Shown: positions 37,017 to 47,421 of the stretch, piece after piece
How positions within the stretch are numbered: position 1 is the stretch's first letter
Layout: each line of letters begins with the position of its first letter
Assembly (NCBI GenBank): GCA_963747505.1
Contig: CAVVFD010000001.1
Location: forward strand, 1,036,098 to 1,100,097
Reading direction: 5' to 3'
Length of the DNA: 64,000 nt
Origin: an uncultured Actinomycetota bacterium
GTDB taxonomy: Bacteria; Actinomycetota; Actinomycetes; Propionibacteriales; Propionibacteriaceae
Position numbers and translations under genes: made by a program
Notes under the pieces: model-generated
Told to the model about the DNA's origin: nothing
Seen by the model: only the letters and a program-made list of their open reading frames with translations
Databases searched by the model: none

Positions 37017-38296
37017 TCCCACTGCACGGCATCGCCTCACGCGAAGATCTGCCGCTGCCGTTCCCACTCATCGTCGCAGCGGCAGCCGCCGTGCTCGTCC
37101 TGACCTTCTGGATCCTGCTCTTCGCGTGGCGCGAGCCCCGATTCCGGGAATGCCAGGGCGTGGAGTTGCCGCGCCTCACAAGAATCATCGACTCACCGTG
37201 GTTCTCGCGCCCGCTGCGTCTCCTGGTGGGCGCCCTCTGGCTGCTGGCTGCCGTGGCACTGGCATTCGGACCCGATCGGGTTGACAATCCGGTCTTCGGC
37301 TTCGTCTTCGTCTGGCTGTGGGTGGGTCTGGTCCCGGTGGCGCTGCTGTTCGGGCAGGTCTACCGTCGCACGAATCCCATCCGGCTCCTGCTGCGGCTGA
37401 CCGGGGCACCGACCCCGGCGTCGCCAGCCACCACCTCGTCACGGTTGCCCGCGGCAGCCGCCCTCCTGGCATTCGCCTGGTTCGAACTCGTCGAGCCGCT
37501 GGCCGGGACTCTTCCCGTGCTGCGAGGTGCAGCCGCGGCGTGGCTGGCCTGGGTCATCGTCGGTGTGTTCGCATCGTCCACCACATGGATCGCACGCGCA
37601 GACCCCTTCGAGGCGTTCGCCTCCACCGTGGCGAAGCTGTCACCGTGGTCCCGTTCTGCCACCAACCGGTTACTTCTCCTCAATCCCCTGCGGAACCTTG
37701 CATCGTGGAGGGTGCCTCGGCACCTGTGGCTACTGGCATGCGTCCTGCTCGGCAGCACCCTCTTTGACGCCGTGACCGGGTCCGCCTGGTGGGTCAGGGC
37801 GTTCCAGGACACCTCCATCCCACCCCGGCTAGTGGGGACGTTCGGCCTCCTCGCCACCGTCTCGATCATTGCCGGTCTCTACGTGCTGAGTGTCCTACCG
37901 CTGCGCACGCCCGGCCGTCCCCTCCTGGAGGCCGCTGATGATCTGGCGCCCGGCCTGGTGCCACTGGTCGCGGGCTACTTCCTGGCCCACTACGCCACCA
38001 TGTTGTACCTCGAGGGGCAGCGCACCGCCATTAGGATGTCAGATCCGCTGACTCTCGGATGGGACTGGCTCGGGATCTCCGAGGCCGGGCCCAACCTGGC
38101 CCTTCTGGCACTGCCCACCCTGATCGCATTCGCACAGGTGTTTTTCATCGTCGCCGGCCACGTGTCCGCCGCGCTCGTCACCCATGACATCGCCCTGCGT
38201 CACATCGAGCCAGCTGAGGCAACCCGTCGTCAGGTGCCCCTTCTCGTGCTGATGGTCGCACTGACCATCGTCGGCATGGTGCTGATGTTCGGGTGA
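37013..38296 (+). CDS. Polytopic membrane protein (about 10-12 TM), function unknown
   Basis: VIPLHGIASREDLPLPFPLIVAAAAAVLVL..., hydrophobic throughout. GTG 37013 overlaps the lipoprotein stop (GTGA). Confidence 0.7.
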   Translation: MIPLHGIASREDLPLPFPLIVAAAAAVLVLTFWILLFAWREPRFRECQGVELPRLTRIIDSPWFSRPLRLLVGALWLLAAVALAFGPDRVDNPVFGFVFVWLWVGLVPVALLFGQVYRRTNPIRLLLRLTGAPTPASPATTSSRLPAAAALLAFAWFELVEPLAGTLPVLRGAAAAWLAWVIVGVFASSTTWIARADPFEAFASTVAKLSPWSRSATNRLLLLNPLRNLASWRVPRHLWLLACVLLGSTLFDAVTGSAWWVRAFQDTSIPPRLVGTFGLLATVSIIAGLYVLSVLPLRTPGRPLLEAADDLAPGLVPLVAGYFLAHYATMLYLEGQRTAIRMSDPLTLGWDWLGISEAGPNLALLALPTLIAFAQVFFIVAGHVSAALVTHDIALRHIEPAEATRRQVPLLVLMVALTIVGMVLMFG

Positions 38297-38344
38297 AGCA
38301 CACCCGTGCCCCTCGCCGCCGGCAACGGTGCTGCCCCCGCCGTG

Positions 38345-38407
38345 GTCGGTGTTGTCCGTCGCTCGAGCGGTGTTGTCCGGCCCCAGCGCACTGTTGTCCG
38401 CACGTCC
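38345..38407. repeat. Three direct repeats with core TGTTGTCCG phased at exactly 21 bp
   Basis: Cores lie at 38350-38358, 38371-38379 and 38392-38400 (gtcgGTGTTGTCCGtc / agcgGTGTTGTCCGgc / cgcacTGTTGTCCGca). The array lies between the membrane-protein stop (38296) and the next start (38451). Confidence 0.8.
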
Positions 38408-38450
38408 GTTGGCCCCCTCGCGGGACATGCCACGGAATTAGCGTCCTTCC

Positions 38451-38849
38451 ATGGACGCAGACACTCTCACTCACCCGGTCCCGGTAGCCACCACCGTTCA
38501 GGACGCACTCCTCGCCGGAAATTTGCCCCGCAGACTCGGTGGCCCCCCGCCGGCCATCGGACTTGCCCTGGCCACGCTGGAGGCGCTGCTCGGACGCCGG
38601 GGCCTGTACCAGCTCCGGCCCTGGCTGAGCCCGCCGGCGTTCCTCCAACTCGTCACTTACGTGGATTCCGGCATCTTCGAGCGCAGCATGCTGGGCAGGC
38701 TTCGAACCCAGATGCCCACGCCGCTCGCCGTTGAGGCCACCGCGAGGATCTCCGTGAACGCCCGGTGGCTGGCCTGCACCCTCCGATTGGACCGTGAGGA
38801 GAGTTGGCGGTGCACTGACCTGATGGTGCTGGGTGCGCGCGGTGTCTGA
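38451..38849 (+). CDS. Rv3235-family protein (conserved neighbour of secA)
   Basis: LALATLEALLGRRGLYQLRPWLSPPAFLQL...VEATARISVNARWLACTLRLDRE..WRCTDLMVLG. Confidence 0.65.
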   Translation: MDADTLTHPVPVATTVQDALLAGNLPRRLGGPPPAIGLALATLEALLGRRGLYQLRPWLSPPAFLQLVTYVDSGIFERSMLGRLRTQMPTPLAVEATARISVNARWLACTLRLDREESWRCTDLMVLGARGV

Positions 38850-38876
38850 GGCCGCCTGACAGGCGAACACCTGCCT

Positions 38877-41678
38877 TCAGGCGCTCACAGTGCTCCCGTG
38901 GCACACCTTGTACTTCTTGCCGGAACCGCAGTAGCACGGCTGGTTGCGCCCCGGCCGGTTACCCGTCCTGGCCTGGGGCGCGGCCGTGGACTGTGCATCC
39001 CCGGATTCATCCGGCGCGGAGTAGGACAGGTTCCTCTGCTCCTTGCCGCCGAGCCCCTTCGCAAGCGGCTTCGCAGGCTCATGTTCCGTCCCCTCCGGTG
39101 CCTGTGCGGCTGATTGTGCAGCCGAGGCCGCCTTCACCCGACCCACGACGTCCATGGGAGACCCATCGGTCTCGGTCACGAGGCTGACGCTCGGCTGGGG
39201 CGCCACCGGCTTGACCTCGAGGTTGAACAGGAGGCCCACCACCTGCTCGAACGACGCCTCACGCATCGCGATGAACATGTCTCCACCCTCGCGCTGGTAC
39301 TCGGTCAGCGGGTCACGCTGCGCCATGGCCCGGAGGCCAATCCCTTCGCGGAGGTAGTCCATCTCGTACAGGTGTTCCCGCCAGTTGCGGTCCACCACGC
39401 TCAGCAGCACCTGGCGTTCGAGCTCACGCATTGTCTCCTCTCCCAGGGCATCCTCCCGCGCGGCGTAGGCGCCAGAAACGTCGTCGACGAACATCTCGAC
39501 GAGTTCGTCCTGATCCGGCAACTCCTCCTCAAGGTCATCACGATTGACGCCCACCGGGTACAGGGTCCGCAGTTCATTCAGGAGGACGTCTAGATCCCAG
39601 TCCTCATGGATGCCGACGGTGTTGGATCGAACGACATCCTCCACAACGCGCTGCGCACGCTCTCGGAGTTGCTCACTGAGGTCCTCGCCGTCGAGTACGC
39701 GACGACGATCCCGGTAGACCACGTGCCGCTGGCGGTTCAGCACGTCGTCGTACTTGAGGACGTTCTTTCGCATCTCGAAGTTCTGAGCCTCAACCTGCTT
39801 CTGCGCGGACTCGATGGCGTTGCTGACGAACTTCTGCTCGATCGGTACGTCATCCGGGAGCTTGAACATCACCAGGGCCCGCTCCAGCACCTCGGGGCGG
39901 AAGAGCCGCATGAGGTCATCGTTGAGGGAGAGATAGAAGCGGCTCTCCCCAGGGTCCCCCTGACGGCCGGAACGTCCACGGAGCTGGTTGTCGATGCGAC
40001 GCGACTCATGACGCTCGGAGCCCACGACATAGAGGCCGCCCGCGTCCACGACCTCCTGGTGTTCAATCTCCACCTGCTCTTCGAGGGCCCTCAGGGTCTG
40101 GTCCCAAGCCGCCTCGTACTCCTCCGGCGTCTCGACGGGATCGAGACCCTGCTTGCGGAGCTGCAGATCCGCAAGGAACTCGGGGTTCCCGCCGAGCATG
40201 ATGTCAGTTCCTCGCCCGGCCATGTTCGTCGACACCGTGACCGCCCCCTTGCGGCCAGCCTGTGCGACGACGAGGGCCTCTCGCGCGTGCTGCTTGGCGT
40301 TCAGCACCTCGTGGGGCACACCCGCCGACGTGAGAAGTGTGGACAGCACCTCTGACTTCGCCACCGAAGCGGTGCCCATCAACACCGGCTGGCCCTTGGC
40401 GTGACGCTCGACCACATCAGCGATGACAGCCTCGAACTTGGCAGCTTCCGTACGATAGATCCGATCCCCCCAGTCGATGCGGATCATTTCCTTGTTGGTG
40501 GGAATCACGATCACGCCCAGCCCGTAAATCTTCTGGAACTCCGATTCCTCCGTCTTCGCCGTACCGGTCATACCGGCAAGCTTGGAATACATGCGGAAGT
40601 AGTTCTGCAGTGTCACGGTGGCCAGAGTCTGGTACTCATCCTTGATCTGCACCGATTCCTTCGCCTCGAGTGCCTGGTGCAGCCCCTCGTTGTAGCGACG
40701 GCCAGCAAGAGAGCGCCCGGTGTGCTCGTCGACGATGAGGATCTCGCCATCGAGGATGACGTAGTCCTTGTCCCGCTTGAACAGCTCCTTGGCCTTGATG
40801 GCGTTGTTCAGGTAGCTGATCAGTGGTGTGTTCGCGGACTCGTAGAGGTTGTCAATGCCCAGTCGGTCCTCAACAGCCTCAATGCCGGAGGGACCGATGG
40901 AGATCGTTCGCTTCTTCTCATCCACCTCGTAATCGATCTCGCGCTTCAGGGAGCGGACGATTTTGGCAAACACCGGGTACCACTCGTGGGTGTCCTCCGC
41001 TGGGCCGGAGATGATGAGCGGGGTGCGCGCCTCATCCACGAGGATCGAGTCCACCTCGTCGACAATTGCGTAGTGGTGGCCGCGCTGCACCAGATCAGTG
41101 GCTTTGAGTGCCATGTTGTCGCGTAGATAGTCGAAACCGAACTCGTTGTTCGTCCCATACGTGATGTCGCAGAGGTACGCCTCACGTCGCTGCTCCGGGG
41201 TCATGGACGCCAGGATCACACCCACAGTCAGTCCCAGGAAGTGGTGGATCCGGCCCATCTGCTCCGACTGATACTTGGCCAGGTAGTCATTGGTGGTGAC
41301 GATGTGGACGCCCTCGCCCGTCAGCGCGTTGAGATAGGAGGGCAGCGTACCCACCAGCGTTTTGCCCTCACCCGTCTTCATTTCTGCGATGTTGGTCCAG
41401 TGCAACGCTGCACCGCCCATAATCTGCACGTCGAAGAGACGCTTACCGAACACACGGACCGAGGCTTCGCGAACAGTGGCGAAGGCCTCTGCCATCACCG
41501 AATCCAGGGATTCACCCTCGGCGAGGCGGGCCCGCAGCTCATCGGTCTGCGCCCGAAGTTGCTCGTCGGACATCGCCTGGTAGTCCTCCTCGATGGAGTT
41601 CACCCGGTCAGCCACCTTCGACAGCTTCTTCAACTGCGAGGCGGCACCGATGTTGCTCAGGAAATCCATGAATCCCAC
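38877..41678 (-). CDS. secA: Preprotein translocase ATPase SecA
   Basis: [39 protein letters not shown], and a C-terminal zinc motif [17 protein letters not shown] 41678 is preferred (GAAGGAAAC upstream); the alternative is ATG 41669. Confidence 0.93.
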   Translation of the reverse strand: MGFMDFLSNIGAASQLKKLSKVADRVNSIEEDYQAMSDEQLRAQTDELRARLAEGESLDSVMAEAFATVREASVRVFGKRLFDVQIMGGAALHWTNIAEMKTGEGKTLVGTLPSYLNALTGEGVHIVTTNDYLAKYQSEQMGRIHHFLGLTVGVILASMTPEQRREAYLCDITYGTNNEFGFDYLRDNMALKATDLVQRGHHYAIVDEVDSILVDEARTPLIISGPAEDTHEWYPVFAKIVRSLKREIDYEVDEKKRTISIGPSGIEAVEDRLGIDNLYESANTPLISYLNNAIKAKELFKRDKDYVILDGEILIVDEHTGRSLAGRRYNEGLHQALEAKESVQIKDEYQTLATVTLQNYFRMYSKLAGMTGTAKTEESEFQKIYGLGVIVIPTNKEMIRIDWGDRIYRTEAAKFEAVIADVVERHAKGQPVLMGTASVAKSEVLSTLLTSAGVPHEVLNAKQHAREALVVAQAGRKGAVTVSTNMAGRGTDIMLGGNPEFLADLQLRKQGLDPVETPEEYEAAWDQTLRALEEQVEIEHQEVVDAGGLYVVGSERHESRRIDNQLRGRSGRQGDPGESRFYLSLNDDLMRLFRPEVLERALVMFKLPDDVPIEQKFVSNAIESAQKQVEAQNFEMRKNVLKYDDVLNRQRHVVYRDRRRVLDGEDLSEQLRERAQRVVEDVVRSNTVGIHEDWDLDVLLNELRTLYPVGVNRDDLEEELPDQDELVEMFVDDVSGAYAAREDALGEETMRELERQVLLSVVDRNWREHLYEMDYLREGIGLRAMAQRDPLTEYQREGGDMFIAMREASFEQVVGLLFNLEVKPVAPQPSVSLVTETDGSPMDVVGRVKAASAAQSAAQAPEGTEHEPAKPLAKGLGGKEQRNLSYSAPDESGDAQSTAAPQARTGNRPGRNQPCYCGSGKKYKVCHGSTVSA

Positions 41679-41817
41679 GGTGTTCGTTTCCTTCTGTTGG
41701 GTTCTCTGGTCGGCCGCGCTCCCCAGTGGGCACGCACCACGCGTCATCCTACCCAGCGGCCGCCGGGCACCCAAAGACGCCCGGGCGCAAGTGCACGGAC
41801 GTCTGTGGTGCTCGAAG

Positions 41818-41837
41818 CCCGGGACAATCCTCCCGGG
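41818..41837 (-). terminator. Hairpin just after the hpf stop
   Basis: CCCGGGA-ggattg-TCCCGGG on the minus strand is a 7-bp stem. There is no good U-tract. Confidence 0.4.
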
Positions 41838-41846
41838 TCAGTGGTG

Positions 41847-42449
41847 TCAGTGGACGTTCAGGTGGATGACACCGTAGTTGTAGGCCTTGCGGCGGTACAC
41901 CACCGAGGGCCTACCAGTCTCCGCATCCTGATAGAGGAAGAAATCGTGACCCACGAGTTCCATCTCGTCGAGGGCCTGCGCCAGGGACAGCGGAGAGGTG
42001 TCAAAGTCCTTCTCCCTGACAACCAGCGGACCATCGCCGTCCACCACGATGCCGGCCACCTCGTACGTGTCCTCACTCTCGGCTGCATCGTCCCGTGGCG
42101 GTGTCGAGAGCTGCGCGGGATCGAGGGCCGAAGCCACACGTAGCCCCTGGTGGGTCTTCCGGCGGTCTGCAGCCTTCCTGAGCTGCGACTTGAGCCGGTC
42201 GAACGCCAGGTCGAACGCAGAATTCTTGTCACTGGCCTTGGCCTCGGCCCGAATGACGGGTCCGCGGCTGCGCATCGTGATCTGGACCTCAATGGAGTCC
42301 GACGGGTTCTTGCTGTTGTCGGCGGAGAATTCAACCTCGACACGGATGACTCGGTCCCGCAGTCTTTCCACAGTGGAGATGCGATCAGTGACCAGATCCT
42401 TCAGATCAGGACCGACGGTGCAGTGCCGGCCTGTGACGACGATGTCCAT
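41847..42449 (-). CDS. hpf: Ribosome hibernation promoting factor, long form
   Basis: MDIVVTGRHCTVGPDLKDLVTDRIS..., with the C-terminal dimerisation domain VVREKDFDTSPLSLAQALDEMELVGHDFFLYQD. GAGGAG precedes the ATG. Confidence 0.9.
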   Translation of the reverse strand: MDIVVTGRHCTVGPDLKDLVTDRISTVERLRDRVIRVEVEFSADNSKNPSDSIEVQITMRSRGPVIRAEAKASDKNSAFDLAFDRLKSQLRKAADRRKTHQGLRVASALDPAQLSTPPRDDAAESEDTYEVAGIVVDGDGPLVVREKDFDTSPLSLAQALDEMELVGHDFFLYQDAETGRPSVVYRRKAYNYGVIHLNVH

Positions 42450-42628
42450 GGTTACTCCTCTTCTGGGTCCCGCCGTGGGACTTCATTCAGCGACGCCGAA
42501 GGCCCCTGTCGGGCCGACGGTTGTAATCGTGATTGGCATGCGGCCACATCGACCGCTTGAGCAGAAGCACCTCGCCGGACGGCACGGTGATGCCGATCGT
42601 TGATGGCGGCAATCTGCATACCCATAAG

Positions 42629-43321
42629 TTACTCAACTCCGGGACCTGCTGGGGAGAAAGTTCGCGCTCGGGGTGTCGGAGTGTATCTGTCTGCGTCCCC
42701 GACCACCGCCGCTCCCAGCACAATGGCTCCGGCCGCCCCCAGGGCACGGGCGGCTTCAGTGAGGCTGGCACCCGTGGTACAGATGTCATCGACGATGACC
42801 ACCGAGCGCGGTTGTCCTCGAACGCGCATGCTTCCCGCAACGTTGAGGTGTCTCCCGGTGGCGCCCAGACTCCGCTGGTCAAGGCCCCGAATGTCCCGAC
42901 GCAGCTCGGCCTTCCACGGCAGGCCCAGCAGGCGGGCGGCTGAACCGGCGAGCGTTGTCCCGTGGTCAATCCCGCGCCGTCTCACGGTTGAGGACAACGA
43001 GGGGACTGGGACGAGGCAGGTGCCGGGAGGCACATCAAGGCACCTGACGGCCACGGCGAGCCGCTTCGACAGCAGATGCGCCAGCTGGAGTGCTCCCTCG
43101 TCCTTAAACGCGGGCACCAGTTTCTCCAACTGGGGTCTGTAGTCGTTTGCGGCGATGATGGGGCACGCCAGGCCTGTTCTGAACACCTCGTGCGGGAGAA
43201 CACCATCAATGTCGGTTCGGCAGGGCGAACAGGCGCCCCATCCAGGAGCGCCGCACACGGCGCAGACAGCACCGAGGAAGAGGTGGGCTGCCTCAACGAT
43301 GAATCTGTTCACACCCAGCAC
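42629..43321 (-). CDS. ComF-family phosphoribosyltransferase-domain protein
   Basis: N-terminal Cys pairs CAVCGAPGWGACSPC and the PRPP-binding loop VVIVDDICTTGASL. Confidence 0.8.
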   Translation of the reverse strand: MLGVNRFIVEAAHLFLGAVCAVCGAPGWGACSPCRTDIDGVLPHEVFRTGLACPIIAANDYRPQLEKLVPAFKDEGALQLAHLLSKRLAVAVRCLDVPPGTCLVPVPSLSSTVRRRGIDHGTTLAGSAARLLGLPWKAELRRDIRGLDQRSLGATGRHLNVAGSMRVRGQPRSVVIVDDICTTGASLTEAARALGAAGAIVLGAAVVGDADRYTPTPRARTFSPAGPGVE

Positions 43322-43387
43322 TGTGGGCGTTCAGAACCCCCCAACACCACTTCTGCACAGCCGCCCGAACCATGGCTCCCGCCGGAC

Positions 43388-45076
43388 TCATCCCGGATAC
43401 GTGACGTCCTGCAGAACGCCAGACAGGCGCGTCCACCGCTTGTTGGCGTCGTGGAGCAACACGGCATTGTCGCGTGAACGCATCACCACGGCGTTGCCGC
43501 CCGAAGCCGGCAACGCCGAGACCTGCACCGGTTGCTCCGACAGCGGCCCCAGATCCTCGACGAACGAGCCGTCCATTCGAGCCCGATGGATGGAGTCTTG
43601 CGTCGATGAATCGGCCGCCACCACGAACTCTGTCTCCCCACTCCAGTCGAGGCTGCGAAAGTTCGACAGCGGGGTTCGGCCAATCAACAACGACAGATCG
43701 GCACCAGCCACGAGACGGGGTCGGCTGCTCTCCTGGATACTGGACATCATCAACCGGCGTGTCCCCGCCTTCTCCACCACTGCGGCCACGCGTACGCCGG
43801 CCTGGGTGACGGAGAAGTCGATGAGTGCACCATCCAACTCGGTGACGTCCACCTCGACGACCTTGCCCTGCCCATTGATCCGCATGAGATGCGTGATCCC
43901 CGCGGCATCATCACCCAGGAACCAGAGGTTCCCCAGCGCGAACTGAGCAGAACGCAGGTTGTCACGCCCCGGGGACACTTCCCCCAGTGCCCCGCCGAGC
44001 GGTCCCACGAACACGGCTGTCCGGGTCTCGTTGACGAAACCCACCAGGGTCTGGTCAATGGACACGGCCACCTCGGACACTTTGGCGTCCTCCGAGCGCA
44101 TGGGCAGCACCTTCCCGTCACGGTCGATGCGCACTCCCACACCCTCACGCACTCCGAAGATGTCCGGTGAGGCCATGCGGGACAGCAACTGGAACCGTTG
44201 TTGCGAAGACAACTCAAGAACGGTGGCCACGTTCTCGTCCGGCAAGGGATATGTGCGCCCATCATTGAGTATCTGAAGCCCGGTCACTCGAGGTATCGCT
44301 GTGAGCGACCAGAGCAGTTGCGCGCCCAACAGCCGCCGTCGGTCCTCGGGCATGGCCGTGTCCAGGCCCGTCAGTGCCACGAGGACGGTCCCTTCACTGT
44401 CCACGCTGGCGCTCTTGGCTGCCAGCCCCACCGAGGGCCCCAGCGCATTGACGACGGAGGACTCGATGGCAGGGCTCGGCCCCGCCACCAGTGCCTCAAC
44501 GATGCGTCCGGGCGTGAGAAGGGCGTCCGGGACATGGATGAGGTCCGGCACCACATGGTTCCCCACGACGGACCCGAAGTAGACCGTGACATGTGACCAG
44601 TAGCGCTCGAAGATGTAGTCGGAGACGAGAACGCCCGCCGGAGGATTTCCGATCCTCCATTCACCATTGGCCTGCACCACGCCGAAGTCGTGGGACATCT
44701 CATCGCCGGTGGCCGTGAACCGGCCCCCAGCGTCGAGAACCCCGGTCTGGATACCCCTGACCTGCACTGCGCCATCGCTGTCGGCAACGACGCCCCGGTA
44801 CACGGAGCCACCCGCACGGGGGTTCCACTCAGCGGCGGACTCCTCCGTCAGGTACTGCCTCGCGACGGCGTAGTCCACACCCGGATCCGCCATTGCCTGC
44901 ACGAAGTTCTCCACGAGTCGCACTGCAGTGACACCGGGCTGCGGGGGTTCGGCGATGATCTGCACGCCGCGAGGCTCCGATCCAAGGGGCACTTCAGTCA
45001 CGGGACCGGACGTCTGAATATCAGTGCACCCCGCGAGGAGCACCATTGCCAGGAAACAGATCACGAATCGCTTCAT
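43388..45076 (-). CDS. lpqB: Lipoprotein LpqB (MtrAB accessory)
   Basis: MKRFVICFLAMVLLAGC lipobox. GerMN-like and beta-propeller-like regions. The ATG overlaps the mtrB stop (ATGA). Confidence 0.85.
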   Translation of the reverse strand: MKRFVICFLAMVLLAGCTDIQTSGPVTEVPLGSEPRGVQIIAEPPQPGVTAVRLVENFVQAMADPGVDYAVARQYLTEESAAEWNPRAGGSVYRGVVADSDGAVQVRGIQTGVLDAGGRFTATGDEMSHDFGVVQANGEWRIGNPPAGVLVSDYIFERYWSHVTVYFGSVVGNHVVPDLIHVPDALLTPGRIVEALVAGPSPAIESSVVNALGPSVGLAAKSASVDSEGTVLVALTGLDTAMPEDRRRLLGAQLLWSLTAIPRVTGLQILNDGRTYPLPDENVATVLELSSQQRFQLLSRMASPDIFGVREGVGVRIDRDGKVLPMRSEDAKVSEVAVSIDQTLVGFVNETRTAVFVGPLGGALGEVSPGRDNLRSAQFALGNLWFLGDDAAGITHLMRINGQGKVVEVDVTELDGALIDFSVTQAGVRVAAVVEKAGTRRLMMSSIQESSRPRLVAGADLSLLIGRTPLSNFRSLDWSGETEFVVAADSSTQDSIHRARMDGSFVEDLGPLSEQPVQVSALPASGGNAVVMRSRDNAVLLHDANKRWTRLSGVLQDVTYPG

Positions 45077-46635
45077 GACGGGACCCTCCTCGATTCGACG
45101 TCCACGGGTATCACGGACAGTGGTGACCCCATCAGGGCGTGTCGTGGGTCCCGCGGCAGGGTGAGACGGAACTGGGCGCCGCGGCCAGGACGGCCCCACG
45201 CGGTCAACCAACCCCGGTGGAGTCTGGCATCCTCCAGGGCGATGGCAAGCCCAAGTCCGGTTCCCCCGACCACACGGTTCCTCGAGGGATCGGCCCTCCA
45301 GAAGCGGTCAAAGACCAGACCTGACTCACTGGCCTGAAACCCCACGCCACGATCCCGCACCGCTACGGCGACCGCGTGCACGTCGGATCCCACGGTGACG
45401 TCAATGGGATGCGCATCTCCGTGTTCGATGGCATTCGTCAGGAGGTTCCGCAGTATTCGACGAATGCGTCGAGAGTCCATCTGGGCAGTCGCTGGCCCAT
45501 CATGGTGGACACGCAGTTCTATTCCCAATCGTCTGGCGAAGTCGCGCTGGGCCTCCACCTCCGACTCCACCAAGGGCACCAGATCAACCTCGTCGAGAGC
45601 CAGTACGGCTGCCCCGGCATCGAAGCGTGAAATCTCCAGCAGGTCCGCCAGCAGTGCGTCGAATCGGTCGATCTGTGTGGACATCAGTTCCACCGTCCTC
45701 CTCGACTGCGGCTCAAAATTCTCCCTCGACTCGTGGAGGACGTCCGCGGCCATACGGATGGTTGTCATGGGCGTGCGGAGTTCGTGCGACACATCGCCGA
45801 CGAAACGTCGCTGCACGAGGGAGAGTGTCTCCAACTCCCGGATGCGGGCGGCCAGGTCCTCGGCCATGTCATTCATGGACACGGCCAACGATGCGATGTC
45901 ATCAGTACCCCGGACCCGCATCCGCTCCTCGAGGTTGCCCGACGCCAGTCGGCGGGCCGTGTGGCTTGCCCTGCGTACCGGCCGCACCACCTGCACGGTG
46001 ACGAGATAGGCGATGGCGGCCAACGCGCCCAGCAGCGCCAGTCCCGTGATTGTGACCGCCCTCTGCAGTGCCGTCAAGGTCTCCACCTCATTCGTCATCG
46101 GGAAGACGTAGTACACCGGGAAGCGCTCACCCGAACTGTCGACGAGCGTTGAGCCGAGAGCCCAGCCGGGCTCGCTGGGGGCGTTGTCCGAATACACCAC
46201 CAAGGTGGGCGTCACGTACATCTTGTCGCTGTCCCGCACCTGTCGTCGCAAGGACACGGGGACCGACTCCGAAGTGATTCCGCCGGAGAGGATGGCTCCC
46301 GCCGGCCCTTCGATGACCACCTTGTACTGGCCTGCCTGGGCCTGGGCCTGGAATGCGAGCCTGTTGAGCTGCTCGTAGACGGCGATGCTGCGAGATTCCG
46401 GCAGGCGCAGTTGCTCCGTCATGAAGTTGTGAATGCCGGTGGCTTCGCTGATGGAGGCGTTCTTCTTGGTCTCGACGATGCTGCTGCGCGCCTGCTGCAT
46501 GAGCAGCAACCCCGCCAGGACGAGGACCAGGAACGATGCAGCAACAGTGGTGAACAACACGCGCAGCGGCAGTGATCCCCACCACAGCTGCTGCAGCCCG
46601 GAGGTCTTTTGCTCAGACCGCTGTCGCGTGATCAC
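45073..46635 (-). CDS. mtrB: Sensor histidine kinase MtrB
   Basis: Two TM helices, a HAMP domain, the H-box SHELRTPMTTI, and N/G boxes (NLLTNAIEH, GTGLGLAI). Confidence 0.88.
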   Translation of the reverse strand: MITRQRSEQKTSGLQQLWWGSLPLRVLFTTVAASFLVLVLAGLLLMQQARSSIVETKKNASISEATGIHNFMTEQLRLPESRSIAVYEQLNRLAFQAQAQAGQYKVVIEGPAGAILSGGITSESVPVSLRRQVRDSDKMYVTPTLVVYSDNAPSEPGWALGSTLVDSSGERFPVYYVFPMTNEVETLTALQRAVTITGLALLGALAAIAYLVTVQVVRPVRRASHTARRLASGNLEERMRVRGTDDIASLAVSMNDMAEDLAARIRELETLSLVQRRFVGDVSHELRTPMTTIRMAADVLHESRENFEPQSRRTVELMSTQIDRFDALLADLLEISRFDAGAAVLALDEVDLVPLVESEVEAQRDFARRLGIELRVHHDGPATAQMDSRRIRRILRNLLTNAIEHGDAHPIDVTVGSDVHAVAVAVRDRGVGFQASESGLVFDRFWRADPSRNRVVGGTGLGLAIALEDARLHRGWLTAWGRPGRGAQFRLTLPRDPRHALMGSPLSVIPVDVESRRVPS

Positions 46636-47326
46636 CGGCTCGGTACCCCACTCCCCGTACGGTCACGACGATCTCGGGGTGCTCGGGATCCAGTTCGACC
46701 TTCGCGCGCAACCGCTGCACATGGACATTGACCAGACGCGTGTCCGCAGCGTTGCGATAACCCCACACCTCATCCAGCAACGCCTCGCGGCTGAACACGT
46801 GTGCCGGCCTCTTTGCCAGGGCAAGAAGGAGATCGAACTCGAGCGGGGTGAGCTGGATGGCGGTGTCGTGGCGCTTCACGGTGTGAGCGGAGACGGAAAT
46901 CACGAGGTCCCCGATACCCAGGACGTCCTTGCCGGGATCGGCGCTCATCTGTCGCAACCGGGTCCGGATCCTCGCAATCAGCTCCTTGGGCTTGAAGGGT
47001 TTGGCGACGTAGTCGTCCGCCCCCGCCTCGAGTCCGGCCACCACATCCGATGTGTCGGACTTGGCCGTCAGCATGACGATGGGAACCACGGACTCCACCC
47101 GCATCTCGCGGCAGACGCTGACGCCATCCCTGCCGGGCAGCATCAGGTCAAGCAACACCAGATCTGGTCGGCTGTCCCGCATGGTGGAGACGGCATCAGT
47201 GCCCGTGCCACAGTGCACGGTGTCGAACCCCTCCTGACGCAGGACGATCTGCAGCATTTCCGACAGCGCCGGATCGTCGTCCACGATCAGGATGCGCGTG
47301 CGAGACCTCGTTTCCGTCAAAGCCAC
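46613..47326 (-). CDS. mtrA: OmpR-family response regulator MtrA
   Basis: RILIVDDDPALSEMLQIVL...DLVLLDLMLPGRDG, with a winged-helix C-terminus VHVQRLRAKVE. The start is GTG 47326, or TTG 47320 (6 nt after GGAGGA). Confidence 0.9.
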   Translation of the reverse strand: MALTETRSRTRILIVDDDPALSEMLQIVLRQEGFDTVHCGTGTDAVSTMRDSRPDLVLLDLMLPGRDGVSVCREMRVESVVPIVMLTAKSDTSDVVAGLEAGADDYVAKPFKPKELIARIRTRLRQMSADPGKDVLGIGDLVISVSAHTVKRHDTAIQLTPLEFDLLLALAKRPAHVFSREALLDEVWGYRNAADTRLVNVHVQRLRAKVELDPEHPEIVVTVRGVGYRAGDHATAV

Positions 47327-47421
47327 TCCTCCAGTTCTGGGATGCCCATGGTAACGCGGACCTGAATACCCGGGAGCGTGCCCTGGATCAGTGCATGACA
47401 GGCGAGCTCAACCCGGGCTGG

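Noticed and set aside
38306-38734. 142-aa plus ORF (and 38230..38433 minus ORF) over the 21-bp repeat array
   Set aside because: Their repetitive GVVR / RTT peptides merely mirror the DNA repeats. The conserved Rv3235-family frame starts at 38451.
42450-42628. Looked for a raiA-motif-like structured RNA upstream of hpf
   Set aside because: Only about 180 nt are available. I saw only short stems and a plausible promoter, and cannot verify the covariance model by eye. A cmsearch with the Rfam raiA model would settle it.
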